Source: Candidatus Tayloriibacteriota bacterium (GTDB lineage: Bacteria; Patescibacteriota; Minisyncoccia; Phycocordibacterales; UBA6065). Taken from it: a stretch of 64,000 nt of DNA. Of the stretch, positions 17,941 to 25,829 are shown piece after piece (the stretch's first letter is position 1; the number at the start of each line of letters is the position of its first letter). The stretch covers positions 11,560 through 75,559 of the forward strand of contig JACRJQ010000005.1 in NCBI GenBank assembly GCA_016215405.1, written 5' to 3'. Below the pieces are notes generated by a model that saw nothing but the letters and a program-made list of their open reading frames with translations, ran no database searches and had not been told where the DNA came from. A program made the translations under genes and the position numbers.

Positions 17941-18237
17941 ATGACTCCTGAAGAACATCGGATGCTCGTAGAAGCGCGCGATCTGGCCTTAGAGAACGCA
18001 AAATTGCTCAAGAGCCTACGCCGGTCGCATCGAGCAGGGACGATACTTCGAGTCATATATTGGGTTGCCATCCTCGGCGTGTCTTTCGGCGCATACTATC
18101 TGATACAGCCTTACGTAGATATGCTAAAGGGGTCCTTCGGCAATATAGGCGGCATAGGCAGCGTATCTCCGAAGGCTATGACGTTCGAGGGCGCGCTGGA
18201 GAACATAAAGGCCATAAAGGATATATATTCTCAATAG
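17941..18237 (+). CDS. Hypothetical small membrane protein
   Basis: 98 aa, one TM (VIYWVAILGVSFGAYYLI); TATACT-N6-ATG leaderless-type start. Confidence 0.45.
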   Translation: MTPEEHRMLVEARDLALENAKLLKSLRRSHRAGTILRVIYWVAILGVSFGAYYLIQPYVDMLKGSFGNIGGIGSVSPKAMTFEGALENIKAIKDIYSQ

Positions 18238-18244
18238 GCAGATC

Positions 18245-18317
18245 GCTTGGATAGCTCAGTTGGTAGAGCACTTCCCTGAAGAGGAAGGGGTCCCCAGTTC
18301 GAACCTGGGTCCAAGCA
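18245..18317 (+). tRNA. tRNA-Phe (GAA)
   Basis: GCTTGGATAGCTCAGTTGGTAGAGC..anticodon loop CTGAAGA..T-arm CCCAGTTCGAACCTGGG..TCCAAGC-A; no CCA encoded. Confidence 0.9.
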
Positions 18318-18490
18318 CAAAGAAAAAAGCGCCTCAGGGCGTCTTTTTCTTTGTGCTGGGAGGAAGCGCGGGGCGCTTCCTCCCAGGTTCGAAGCCCGAT
18401 TGAGCATCTTTTCGAGCCGTACTCGGCGAAGGAAAAATCCAATCGCGGGTACTGACCCCGTGGGGGTCGAGTCCTGGGTCCAAGCACAAC
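18318..18490 (+). repeat. tRNA-trailing element (Phe copy): terminator + GC hairpin + conserved core + 17-nt direct repeat of tRNA-Phe 3' end
   Basis: CCTGGGTCCAAGCACAA at 18304-18320 repeated at 18474-18490; core GGTTCGAAGCCCGATTGAGCATCTTTTCGAGC...GGGTACTGACC homologous to cores after tRNA-Glu and tRNA-Ser. Confidence 0.75.
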
Positions 18491-18548
18491 ACGAAAAACC
18501 CTCTTTGAGGCGATTCTCACGCAGGCTCAGTTCTCGTATAATGCTCTC

Positions 18549-19205
18549 ATGTTCATAGAGAGAAATATCTGCAATCCAGAGGCTAAATCCGGCTGGATAG
18601 AGGTCATCGCGGGCTGCATGTTCTCCGGCAAGACCGAGGAGCTCATCAGGCGCCTTAAGAGGAGCTCGATAGCGAAGCAGAAGGTGGCGATATTCAAGCC
18701 CAAGATCGATACGAGGTATCATCCCGAATTCGTCGTCTCTCACGACGCTAACAAGATCCATTCCATACCCGTCAAATCGTCCGCGGAGATACTCTCGCTA
18801 TCGGGCGAGTGCGACGTGGTCGGGATAGACGAAGCGCAGTTCTTCGATATGGGCATAGTCGACGTCGCGAACGACCTCGCGAACGCGGGGAAGAGGGTCA
18901 TCGTGGCGGGGCTCGATATGGATTACACCGGGAAGCCGTTCGGCCCTATGCCGTATCTCCTCGCTGTCGCCGAATTCGTCACGAAGGTGAACGCTATCTG
19001 CGCGAAGACGGGCGAGATCGGCTCCTATACCTACAGGCTCGAGGGCCACAGCGACGCTCAGGTCCTCGTCGGCGAGAAGGAGGCCTACGAGGCGCGCGGC
19101 AGGAGGGCGTTCTTCGACGGTATGAAAGAGCGCGGGGTTTACAGGCATGCGTCCTCTTCGAAGGCGAAGCCGAAGAAGCGAGCTAAAAAGGCCGCGATCA
19201 AATAG
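18549..19205 (+). CDS. tdk: Thymidine kinase
   Basis: P-loop [21 protein letters not shown]; Lys-rich C-terminal tail; TATAAT 8 nt upstream of ATG. Confidence 0.9.
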   Translation: MFIERNICNPEAKSGWIEVIAGCMFSGKTEELIRRLKRSSIAKQKVAIFKPKIDTRYHPEFVVSHDANKIHSIPVKSSAEILSLSGECDVVGIDEAQFFDMGIVDVANDLANAGKRVIVAGLDMDYTGKPFGPMPYLLAVAEFVTKVNAICAKTGEIGSYTYRLEGHSDAQVLVGEKEAYEARGRRAFFDGMKERGVYRHASSSKAKPKKRAKKAAIK

Positions 19206-19216
19206 CCAGAGCGAAA

Positions 19217-19243
19217 AGAAAGACCGCCGTACGGCGGTCTTTC
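19217..19243. terminator. Bidirectional terminator GAAAGACCGCCG-TA-CGGCGGTCTTTC
   Basis: Perfect hairpin between convergent tdk (+) and hsp20 (-). Confidence 0.8.
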
Positions 19244-19246
19244 TTC

Positions 19247-19696
19247 TTATACCGACTTCACTCTCAGCTTGTTCTGTTTCGATTTGTCGACTTTCGGGAG
19301 CTTTATGGTGAGAAGGCCGTGCCGTTCCACCGCCTCTGCTTCCTCGACCTCTATCTCTTCGGGGAGCATGATGGTCCTGGAGAACGAGCCCCAATAGAGC
19401 TCCTTGTGGAAGTAGTCGTTCTCATGGACTTCGGCCGATTCCTCGCGCTTGCCTTTTATGGTGACCATGTCGCGGGTGATATTGATGTCGAGGTCTTCAG
19501 GCCTTACTCCTGCGACCATCGTCTTGAGCACGATCTCGTCCGGCGTCCTGTAGACGTCGACGGTGAGCTGTCCTTCCTCCTCGGTCTCCTCGAGGAGGCC
19601 TGACCGCGTATCCTCCTCTCGCGTCTCTACCGCTTCCTCCTCCATCTTTACCGTGCCGGTGAGGCGCTCGAAGAAAGACTTTTTTGATGGTTGCAT
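19247..19696 (-). CDS. Hsp20/alpha-crystallin family small heat-shock protein
   Basis: Alpha-crystallin domain VDVYRTPDEIVLKTMVAGVRPEDLDINITRDMVTIKGKR...GLLTIKLPK. Confidence 0.9.
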   Translation of the reverse strand: MQPSKKSFFERLTGTVKMEEEAVETREEDTRSGLLEETEEEGQLTVDVYRTPDEIVLKTMVAGVRPEDLDINITRDMVTIKGKREESAEVHENDYFHKELYWGSFSRTIMLPEEIEVEEAEAVERHGLLTIKLPKVDKSKQNKLRVKSV

Positions 19697-19697
19697 A

Positions 19698-20399
19698 TTA
19701 TTCTTTGGCTGTTATCTTCTTTATCCTCTCGAACAGAAGGAGGATGCCGAGGGCGGCCACCCAGACACAGGCGAAGACGAGAAAGGTCTTGCTTCCGTTC
19801 TCGTATATTATAAACACGTTGAAAAGCGCATGCAATCCGACCGCGAGGGCGAGACCGACGATTCTGCCCGCGACCTTCCACCCGAAGCTCCTGTAGAACT
19901 CCCGTCCGATGAAGTATCCGAGCACTCCGGAGGAGACCACGTGAAGGAGGCTCGCCCCGATGAACCTGAGGTTGCCCGCCACGAGAGAGCCTGCAGCGTC
20001 GCCGTCGATGAGAGGGTTGAGGATAAAGAGCGCGTTTTCGAGCGCCGCGAATCCGAGCGCTGCGGTTATGAGATATTCGAGAGCGTCGATCGGCTCGTCA
20101 TAGGCCTTGGTCCGCAGGGCAGTCGCCCAAGCCGCGCCGTATTTCGCGACCTCTTCTATGAGCGCCCATAGGACGAGCGTCGTCCCGGTCATGCCGAAAT
20201 GGCCCGCGACGAATTTCTCGAGGGGGTATACGAACGGCACCGCGAGCATGCCGCCCCAGAAAGCGAAGAGGATGCGCCCTCGCGGCTCTGGGTGGAGCTT
20301 GTCCTCCTGCACCCAGAACCAAAGCCAGAAAAGGGCGGGGAGGATGCCTCCGAGGAGGGCGTAGATCGCGAGATACCCTGTCGGCGTTAGATCGGCCAT
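19698..20399 (-). CDS. PrsW-family intramembrane metalloprotease
   Basis: Polytopic membrane protein with IEEVAKY (EExxK) and HALFN motifs characteristic of PrsW/CPBP-like proteases. Confidence 0.6.
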   Translation of the reverse strand: MADLTPTGYLAIYALLGGILPALFWLWFWVQEDKLHPEPRGRILFAFWGGMLAVPFVYPLEKFVAGHFGMTGTTLVLWALIEEVAKYGAAWATALRTKAYDEPIDALEYLITAALGFAALENALFILNPLIDGDAAGSLVAGNLRFIGASLLHVVSSGVLGYFIGREFYRSFGWKVAGRIVGLALAVGLHALFNVFIIYENGSKTFLVFACVWVAALGILLLFERIKKITAKE

Positions 20400-22567
20400 G
20401 TCTCTATTATAAGAGGCTTCTTATCCGGTACCGGCATGTCTTTCCATATCTCTTCGGTCACGAACGGTACGAATGGATGGAGGGCCTTCAGTATGTCGGC
20501 GAGAGTATGCAGGAGGAACTGCTTGCGCGACTTCTTTTCCGTGTCCGATCCCTTCGCCAGGATGTCTTTCGACCTCTCGAGTATGATATCCGCGAATTCG
20601 CGCCATGCGTACGCGTAGAGCTTTTCGGCGACGAGGTAGTATTTGTATTCGTCCATCTCCCTCGATATCTCCTCCATGACGGCGCGCCTCTCCGCCGTGA
20701 GCTTCTCGTCATCCGCAGAGAACGCCTTGAAGCCGGGCTCGAGCGTCTCTCCTTCGGTAGAGGAGAGGACGAAGCGAGCGATGTTCCAGAGCTTGTTCGC
20801 GAAGTTTTTGTAGGCGCGGATCTTGTCCTCGGACATCTTGGTATCGTTTCCCGGTCCGGTGCCTACGATAAGCGACATGCGGACCGCGTCCGTGCCGTAT
20901 TTACCCGCCATATCGAGAGGGTCGATGATATTGCCGAGGGACTTCGACATCTTCTGGCCTTTCGCGTCTCGGACGAGGCCGTGCAGATAGACGGTCTTGA
21001 AAGGGACCTCGCCCATGAGGTATTGGGACATGAGGATCATCCGCGCTACCCAGAAGAAGATTATATCGTAGCCCGTCTCGAGTACCGCCGTAGGATGATA
21101 CGTCGCGAGGTCGGAGGTCGTCTCGGGCCAGCCGAGGGTCGAGAACGTCCAAAGGCCCGACGAGAACCAGGTATCGAGGGTGTCTTCGTCCTGCGTCCAA
21201 CCTTCTCCCGGGCTTGCGAGCGAGACCTTGAGCTCTTCGCCCTTATACCAGACGGGGATCCTGTGCCCGAACCAGATCTGGCGGGATATGCACCAATCTC
21301 GCAGGTTCGATATCCAGTTCGAATACACCCTCTCGAATCGATCGGGTATGAACTCGATATGCGAAGGCCCTTGAGGAATCACGTCGAGCATGAGCTCTTT
21401 GAGGGACTTGCCGCCGCGGGCAGGGATCTTCTTGTTCACGTCTACGAACCACTGGTTCATGATCTGAGGCTCGATCACTCCGCCTGTGCGTTCGGCCGTC
21501 GCTATGTTGTGGGTATAGTCCTCTTCCTTTTCCAGGAGGCCTTTCGCGGCGAGCTTCTCTACGATCTTCTTCCTCGCGTCGGATATTTTTATGCCGGCGA
21601 ATTCGCCCGCGATAGGGAGGAGCTTGCCGTATCTATCTATGATCTGCTCCTTATCGAGCTTGTGCCGCTCCGCGATATCGAAGTCTACGTTGGAATGCCA
21701 CGGCGTTATCGTCATCACGCCGGTCCCGAACGCCATGTCGATCGACTCGTCCTTTATGACGGTCGCCTTTATCGGGCCGTTGATCCATTCGAGGTCGATC
21801 TCTTGTCCGTGCGAATAGGCCGTATACCTCTCGTCCTTCGGGTGCATCACGACGTATTTATCGCCGAACTTCGTCTCTGGCCTCGCCGTGCCGATGGTGA
21901 ACGGACCGTATTTGAAATAGTAGAACTTCGTCTTCTCCTCGGCGTAGACGATCTCGTCGTCGGAGATGGTGGTCTGGCCTTTAGGGTCCCAGTTCACTAT
22001 GCGGTGGCCGCGATAGATGAGGCCGTCGTCGTACATGCGCTTGAACGCTTCGAATACCGCTTTGCCGCGCTTTTCGTCGAGGGTGTACGCCTCGCGAGAC
22101 CAGTCGAGAGAAGCGCCCATCTTCTTGGTCTGGTTCACGATCGTGTCATGGCTCTCGAGGGCGAACTCGTTCACGCGCCTGAGGAGCTCCTCGCGGCCGA
22201 GGTCCTGACGGCGCTTGCCCTCTTCTTTATAGATGATGCCCTCGACCTTCGCCTGGGTCGCGATCGCGGCGTGGTCGGTGCCCGGAAGCCAGAGGGTCTT
22301 ATAGCCTTTCATGCGCTTGTGGCGGACCATGATGTCCTCGATGACGAGCATCGCGGCATGGCCGATGTGAAGCGTCCCTGTCACGTTCGGAGGAGGCAGG
22401 ACGATGGAGAAAGGCTCTTTATGCCGCGGGGGGAGCTTGTCGGGATTGAAATAGCCCGAACCAAGCCACATCTCGTAGATCGCGTCTTCGACCGCCTTCG
22501 GGTCGTACGGCTTTAGGAATTTCTGCGGAATGTTCGGCTCAGGGAAGGCCTCTTTCTTTGGCTCCAT
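20387..22567 (-). CDS. valS: Valyl-tRNA synthetase (short form without C-terminal coiled coil)
   Basis: Class I HIGH (LHIGHA) and KMSKS motifs, editing domain, DHAAIATQ; 726 aa. Confidence 0.95.
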   Translation of the reverse strand: MEPKKEAFPEPNIPQKFLKPYDPKAVEDAIYEMWLGSGYFNPDKLPPRHKEPFSIVLPPPNVTGTLHIGHAAMLVIEDIMVRHKRMKGYKTLWLPGTDHAAIATQAKVEGIIYKEEGKRRQDLGREELLRRVNEFALESHDTIVNQTKKMGASLDWSREAYTLDEKRGKAVFEAFKRMYDDGLIYRGHRIVNWDPKGQTTISDDEIVYAEEKTKFYYFKYGPFTIGTARPETKFGDKYVVMHPKDERYTAYSHGQEIDLEWINGPIKATVIKDESIDMAFGTGVMTITPWHSNVDFDIAERHKLDKEQIIDRYGKLLPIAGEFAGIKISDARKKIVEKLAAKGLLEKEEDYTHNIATAERTGGVIEPQIMNQWFVDVNKKIPARGGKSLKELMLDVIPQGPSHIEFIPDRFERVYSNWISNLRDWCISRQIWFGHRIPVWYKGEELKVSLASPGEGWTQDEDTLDTWFSSGLWTFSTLGWPETTSDLATYHPTAVLETGYDIIFFWVARMILMSQYLMGEVPFKTVYLHGLVRDAKGQKMSKSLGNIIDPLDMAGKYGTDAVRMSLIVGTGPGNDTKMSEDKIRAYKNFANKLWNIARFVLSSTEGETLEPGFKAFSADDEKLTAERRAVMEEISREMDEYKYYLVAEKLYAYAWREFADIILERSKDILAKGSDTEKKSRKQFLLHTLADILKALHPFVPFVTEEIWKDMPVPDKKPLIIETWPI

Positions 22568-22599
22568 AGTATGAAAAATATAGCAAAATAAGGGCTTTT

Positions 22600-23085
22600 T
22601 TACAAAAAGACGGCGCGCACTTAGGTCTGTGCGCGCCTCTTACGGTTCGTTTCGACGGATGTCGCGGTTGGCTCGCGCTATCTTCATGGAACCGATCAGA
22701 CTGCAAGAGCGATAAGGATATCTCCCGGCCAACGAGAGTGCTCCTACTACGCGGCCGCGATTCGAAGCGTTTAACGTCTCCCGCTCGCTTCTCTCCGACC
22801 GGTTCCGCCGATAAGTATATCAGAAAAGAAAACCGCCGCGCTCCTTGAAGGAGACGCGGCGGAAAGGGATGGGCGGCCTGGTTGAGAGTCAGGCCGCCCG
22901 CTCCTGCCGTAAGCGAGATTCGTGCGGAACACCAGACGGTTGCGAAGGCGAATGCACGAGCCCGGGCGGTAGCGAGGCGCCGGTTCGAGGCTACCACGAC
23001 CCCGATTAACCAGACATGCGATGGTCTTTGAGAAACGCCCCAAGACCGCGCTACGACGAAGAGCCGACAAGAGACATACTACTTT
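22600..23085 (-). ncRNA. Unassigned GC-rich structured ncRNA candidate (possibly RNase P RNA; unverified) ending in an intrinsic terminator
   Basis: ~480 nt with no credible ORF between valS and tsaD; many stable helices (e.g. GGCGGCCTG..CAGGCCGCC, CCGCCGCG..CGCGGCGG); minus-sense terminator GGCGCGCAC-AGACCTAAG-GTGCGCGCC + T-run at 22612-22637; weak similarity to RNase P conserved strings (CCGGGCUC, GUAAGAG). Confidence 0.3.
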
Positions 23086-24264
23086 TTATCCTCTTTTCGT
23101 CAACTGTCGGCGACTTCCGAGGGGGAGAGACCCTGCGGCTTTGAGCTCGACGCTTGAAGGCTGGGCTTTATCCCGATTGAAGTATCCGGCGAGGGCTATC
23201 ATGAGGCCGTTGTCGGTCGAGTGGTCGATCTGGGGCAAAAGGAGCGCGATAGACGATTCCGAGGCGAGCTTCTGGAGCCTCTCGCGGAGCACTCTGTTCG
23301 CTATGACGCCTCCGCCTATGACGAGCGACCTTGCCGCGAAGGCATCGATCGCCTTTCGCGTCTTCTCGACGATCACGTCCGCCACCGAATCCTCGATGTC
23401 CCTCGCGTATGCCATCTTCCTCTCGTCAGAGAGGGCTCCCTCTTTTCTTGTGGCATACAGGACGGAGGTTTTTAGACCCGAGAAAGAGAGGTCGAGGTCG
23501 TCCGAAGATATCATGGGCCTCGGAAGCGGGGTTTCGAGGGCGACGCCTCTCTCTCTCGCGATCCGAGCGAGCTCCGATATCTTTGGGCCGCCGGGATAAG
23601 GAAGCCCGAGGATCCTCGCGGTCTTGTCGAAGCATTCGCCTATAGCGTCGTCGCGCGTCTCGCCGACGATCTCGTATGAGCCCGGCCTTTCCATGAGGAC
23701 TATCTGCGTGTGTCCGCCCGAGATGAGGAGGGCGAGGGAAGGATGCTCCGGCGAGACGAGCTTATAGCTCTTGCCCGAGCCGCGGATGAGGGCGGTGAGG
23801 ACATGGCCCTCCATGTGGTTGCAGGGGACGATAGGAAGCTCCCATATCGTCGCGAGGGCTCGGGCGAAATTTATGCCCACCCAGAGAGCTGGTTCGAGGC
23901 CGGGGCCCACCGTGACGCTGATGAGGTCGATATCGGGCCTTCGTATCTTCGAGACGCGCTCTTTGAACGCCGCGAGGAGCTCCGACTCTCGATCGAGGAT
24001 CATTCCAATGTTCTCAAGAATGTGAGAATGTGGGGCGTCTGAAGGGAGGAGCATGCCCGCCTCGGCGAGCGTCTTTTCGAGGACCGGCACGAGGTTTCTC
24101 TGGTGCTCTCGCTTGGCGAGCGTAGGGAAGACGCCGCCATATTCGGCGTGTATGTCTATCTGCGAGTGCACCGTGTTGCCGAGCACCTCGACTTCGGCGC
24201 CTTTAACCTCGATCAGGCTTATCGCGGTCTCGTCGCAGGAGGTTTCGATCCCGAGGATTCTCAT
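23086..24264 (-). CDS. tsaD: tRNA N6-adenosine threonylcarbamoyltransferase TsaD (Kae1/Gcp)
   Basis: MRILGIETSCDETAISLI N-terminus, metal-binding His pair, 392 aa with C-terminal extension. Confidence 0.9.
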   Translation of the reverse strand: MRILGIETSCDETAISLIEVKGAEVEVLGNTVHSQIDIHAEYGGVFPTLAKREHQRNLVPVLEKTLAEAGMLLPSDAPHSHILENIGMILDRESELLAAFKERVSKIRRPDIDLISVTVGPGLEPALWVGINFARALATIWELPIVPCNHMEGHVLTALIRGSGKSYKLVSPEHPSLALLISGGHTQIVLMERPGSYEIVGETRDDAIGECFDKTARILGLPYPGGPKISELARIARERGVALETPLPRPMISSDDLDLSFSGLKTSVLYATRKEGALSDERKMAYARDIEDSVADVIVEKTRKAIDAFAARSLVIGGGVIANRVLRERLQKLASESSIALLLPQIDHSTDNGLMIALAGYFNRDKAQPSSVELKAAGSLPLGSRRQLTKRG

Positions 24265-24329
24265 GGAGTAGTTCTAACATAAAGGCAATAGTTGGTCACG
24301 GATCTGGGGGCCTTTCCCTGGGGGCAGGG

Positions 24330-24485
24330 AGTTTTTTATGGATGGTCACGGGTCTCTTTGTGGTCAAAAGTCTTTTCTCGCCGTCGCTCGAAAAGCTTTC
24401 GACCCTGGCTCGCGGCCTCGCGAAGCGTTCGGCACCGCTCCGCCTCGCACAAGCTAAAATCCTGCCACAGGCAGGATTTTAGCTT
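24330..24485. repeat. Repeat-rich spacer: ~40-nt imperfect direct repeat (also at 24561-24600) plus 17-bp perfect hairpin CAAGCTAAAATCCTGCC-ACAG-GGCAGGATTTTAGCTTG
   Basis: Seen directly; CCTCGCGGCC(T/G)CGCGAA(G/A)CGTTCGGCA(C/T)CGCTCC occurs twice; hairpin at 24448-24486 abuts a tRNA-Val 3'-end fragment. Confidence 0.6.
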
Positions 24486-24663
24486 GTGCGCGGTATAGGA
24501 ATCTTTCCCTCGACTCGGATTCGCTCGTCAGCGAATCCGGTCTGGTCACCGCCTCGCGGCCGCGCGAAACGTTCGGCATCGCTCCGGCGTTCAAGTCCTA
24601 TACGCATATCTTCAAGACATGCTACCGCGCACGTAAAAACCGGCAGTCGCCGGTTTCTTTCTG
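24486..24663 (-). repeat. tRNA-trailing element (Val copy) bounded by duplicated tRNA-Val 3' end
   Basis: TGTGCGCGGTATAGGA (plus-strand view) at 24486-24501 and again at 24663-24678 (the real tRNA end); contains terminator AAACCGGCGACTGCCGGTTTTT and an inverted T-arm fragment GTTCAAGTCCTATAC. Confidence 0.7.
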
Positions 24664-24736
24664 TGCGCGGTATAGGACTTGAACCTATGACCCTCTCAAC
24701 GTCAATGAGATGCTCTACCAACTGAGCTAACCGCGC
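24664..24736 (-). tRNA. tRNA-Val (GAC)
   Basis: GCGCGGTTAGCTCAGTTGGTAGAGC..anticodon loop TTGACGT..T-arm ATAGGTTCAAGTCCTAT..ACCGCGC-A. Confidence 0.9.
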
Positions 24737-24778
24737 TTATGTAGAGACTACTCTACACGAAAAGACGTTTTTTTCAAG

Positions 24779-25132
24779 CTACTTTTTAGGCAGCGGAGGC
24801 GCCGGCGGGGGAGCGTCCTTGGGCTTGTCGAGCACCGTCGAGAGCCTCTTGATGACGAAGTAGACGACCGCGGCGAGGATGAAGAAATTGATGAGGAGCG
24901 AGAGCGTCTTGCCGTAGGCGATAGTCGAGCCGTTTATGGTGACGCCGAGATTCGCGAGGTCGGTAAACCGCGCGAACGCGAGGCCGATGATGGGGTTTAT
25001 CACGTCGTTCACGAACGAGCCGACGAGATCGGAGGTGGCCTTGCCGAGGATGAATCCCGTCGCGAAGCCTACGACTCCCTGTGTCCTTATAAAATGTATG
25101 AATCCGGCAAGCTGTTCTTTGAGCATGTACAT
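24779..25132 (-). CDS. mscL: Large-conductance mechanosensitive channel MscL
   Basis: FIRTQGVVGFATGFILGKA...VINPIIG TM1 signature, 117 aa with Pro-rich C-terminus. Confidence 0.85.
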   Translation of the reverse strand: MYMLKEQLAGFIHFIRTQGVVGFATGFILGKATSDLVGSFVNDVINPIIGLAFARFTDLANLGVTINGSTIAYGKTLSLLINFFILAAVVYFVIKRLSTVLDKPKDAPPPAPPLPKK

Positions 25133-25184
25133 ATATTACTACGGATCATCGCCTATATGGGAAACATGTGATTCGGTTCGGGCG

Positions 25185-25341
25185 GGGAGATTCGACCTCT
25201 ACTCGGTCAGTACCCGTTTCCCATTTTCTCGGATGGAAGTCCTCGAAAATACGGGAGAACGGCTTCGAATCTCCCACGCCGTGCCGCTGGCACGGCTCCT
25301 CTCCGCAAAATCAAAACGCGCCGATAGCGCGTTGGATTTTG
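25185..25341 (-). repeat. tRNA-trailing element (Ser copy) with degenerate tRNA-like fragments
   Basis: Minus-sense: terminator AACGCGC-TATCG-GCGCGTT+T-run, hairpin GGAGCCGTGCCAGCGGCACGGC, core GATTCGAAGCCGTTCTCCCGTATTTTCGAGG...GGGTACTGACC, then partial copy (TCGAATCTCCCC) of tRNA-Ser T-loop/3' stem. Confidence 0.65.
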
Positions 25342-25428
25342 CGGAGAGGGGGAGATTCGAACTCCCGAGGAGCTTGCGCCCCTGCCGGTTTTCGAAACCG
25401 GTGCATTCGACCACTCTGCCACCTCTCC
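25342..25428 (-). tRNA. tRNA-Ser (CGA), type II with long variable arm
   Basis: GGAGAGGTGGCAGAGTGGTCGAATGCACCGGTTTCGAAAACCGG..variable arm..GGGAGTTCGAATCTCCC..CCTCTCC-G. Confidence 0.85.
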
Positions 25429-25506
25429 GTGGGAATCTCAAATGCCCGAATATCCTATCACTTTTTGCCAAAATGGCAAAAAAAAGCTATATTTTGGCGG
25501 TTCGCC

Positions 25507-25578
25507 GGCCCTATCGTCTAATGGTTAGGACAGGAGCTTTTCAAGCTCTAAATCGGGGTTCGATTCCCCGTAGGGTCA
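25507..25578 (+). tRNA. tRNA-Glu (UUC)
   Basis: GGCCCTATCGTCTAATGGTTAGGAC..anticodon loop TTTTCAA..CGGGGTTCGATTCCCCG..TAGGGTC-A. Confidence 0.9.
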
Positions 25579-25750
25579 CAACGCGGCCGCCGAGAGGCGG
25601 CTTTTGCGTTGTGACCCTAAGTAGCGCCGGGGCGCGCTACGTCGGGGAATCGAAGCCTGTTTGAGCAAACTTTCGAGCTTTCTCAAGCGATGAAAGTTTC
25701 CAAACAGGGTACTGGTCATGTAAGGACCGATATTCCCCGTAGGGTCACAC
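25579..25750 (+). repeat. tRNA-trailing element (Glu copy) ending in 17-nt direct repeat of tRNA-Glu 3' end
   Basis: TTCCCCGTAGGGTCACA at 25564-25580 and 25733-25749; terminator GGCCGCC-GAGA-GGCGGC-TTTT, hairpin TAGCGCCGGGGCGCGCTA, core GAATCGAAGCCTGTTTGAGCAAACTTTCGAGC...GGGTACTGG homologous to Phe/Ser copies. Confidence 0.75.
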
Positions 25751-25784
25751 CAGGTGTTTTTTCGCTTCTCCAGAATCCTCCCAC

Positions 25785-25816
25785 AAAAAACCGCCCTCTT
25801 TTTCGGAGGGCGGTTC
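25785..25816. terminator. Bidirectional terminator AAAAAACCGCCCTC-TTTTTCGG-AGGGCGGTT
   Basis: GC hairpin flanked by A-run and T-run; downstream of minus-strand gene 25830-26603. Confidence 0.7.
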
Positions 25817-25829
25817 GCAAAGAGCTGTT

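Noticed and set aside
18437-18475. Second tRNA gene between tRNA-Phe and tdk (anticodon-like stem-loop CGGG-TACTGAC-CCCG plus T-arm-like segment)
   Set aside because: Lacks acceptor and D arms and position 33 is not U. It is part of the trailing element core that recurs after other tRNAs, not a functional tRNA
20477-22516. 679-aa ORF on the plus strand
   Set aside because: Runs entirely antisense to valS, is Arg/Leu/Glu-rich with no motif; a GC-content artefact. The same applies to 49116-51434 (antisense to gyrA), 42623-44023 (antisense to hisS), 31744-32766, 52220-53413, 12228-12875, 12941-14140 and 61797-63203
22612-22637. GUAAGAG-GCGCGCAC string as the RNase P CR-II signature
   Set aside because: The motif is part of a simple terminator hairpin at the 3' end of the transcript. 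It cannot by itself identify RNase P RNA, so the region is reported only as an unassigned ncRNA candidate
25199-25471. ORFs 25199-25471 and 25207-25422 (AEWSNAPVSKTG...)
   Set aside because: Classic spurious translation across tRNA-Ser and its trailing element
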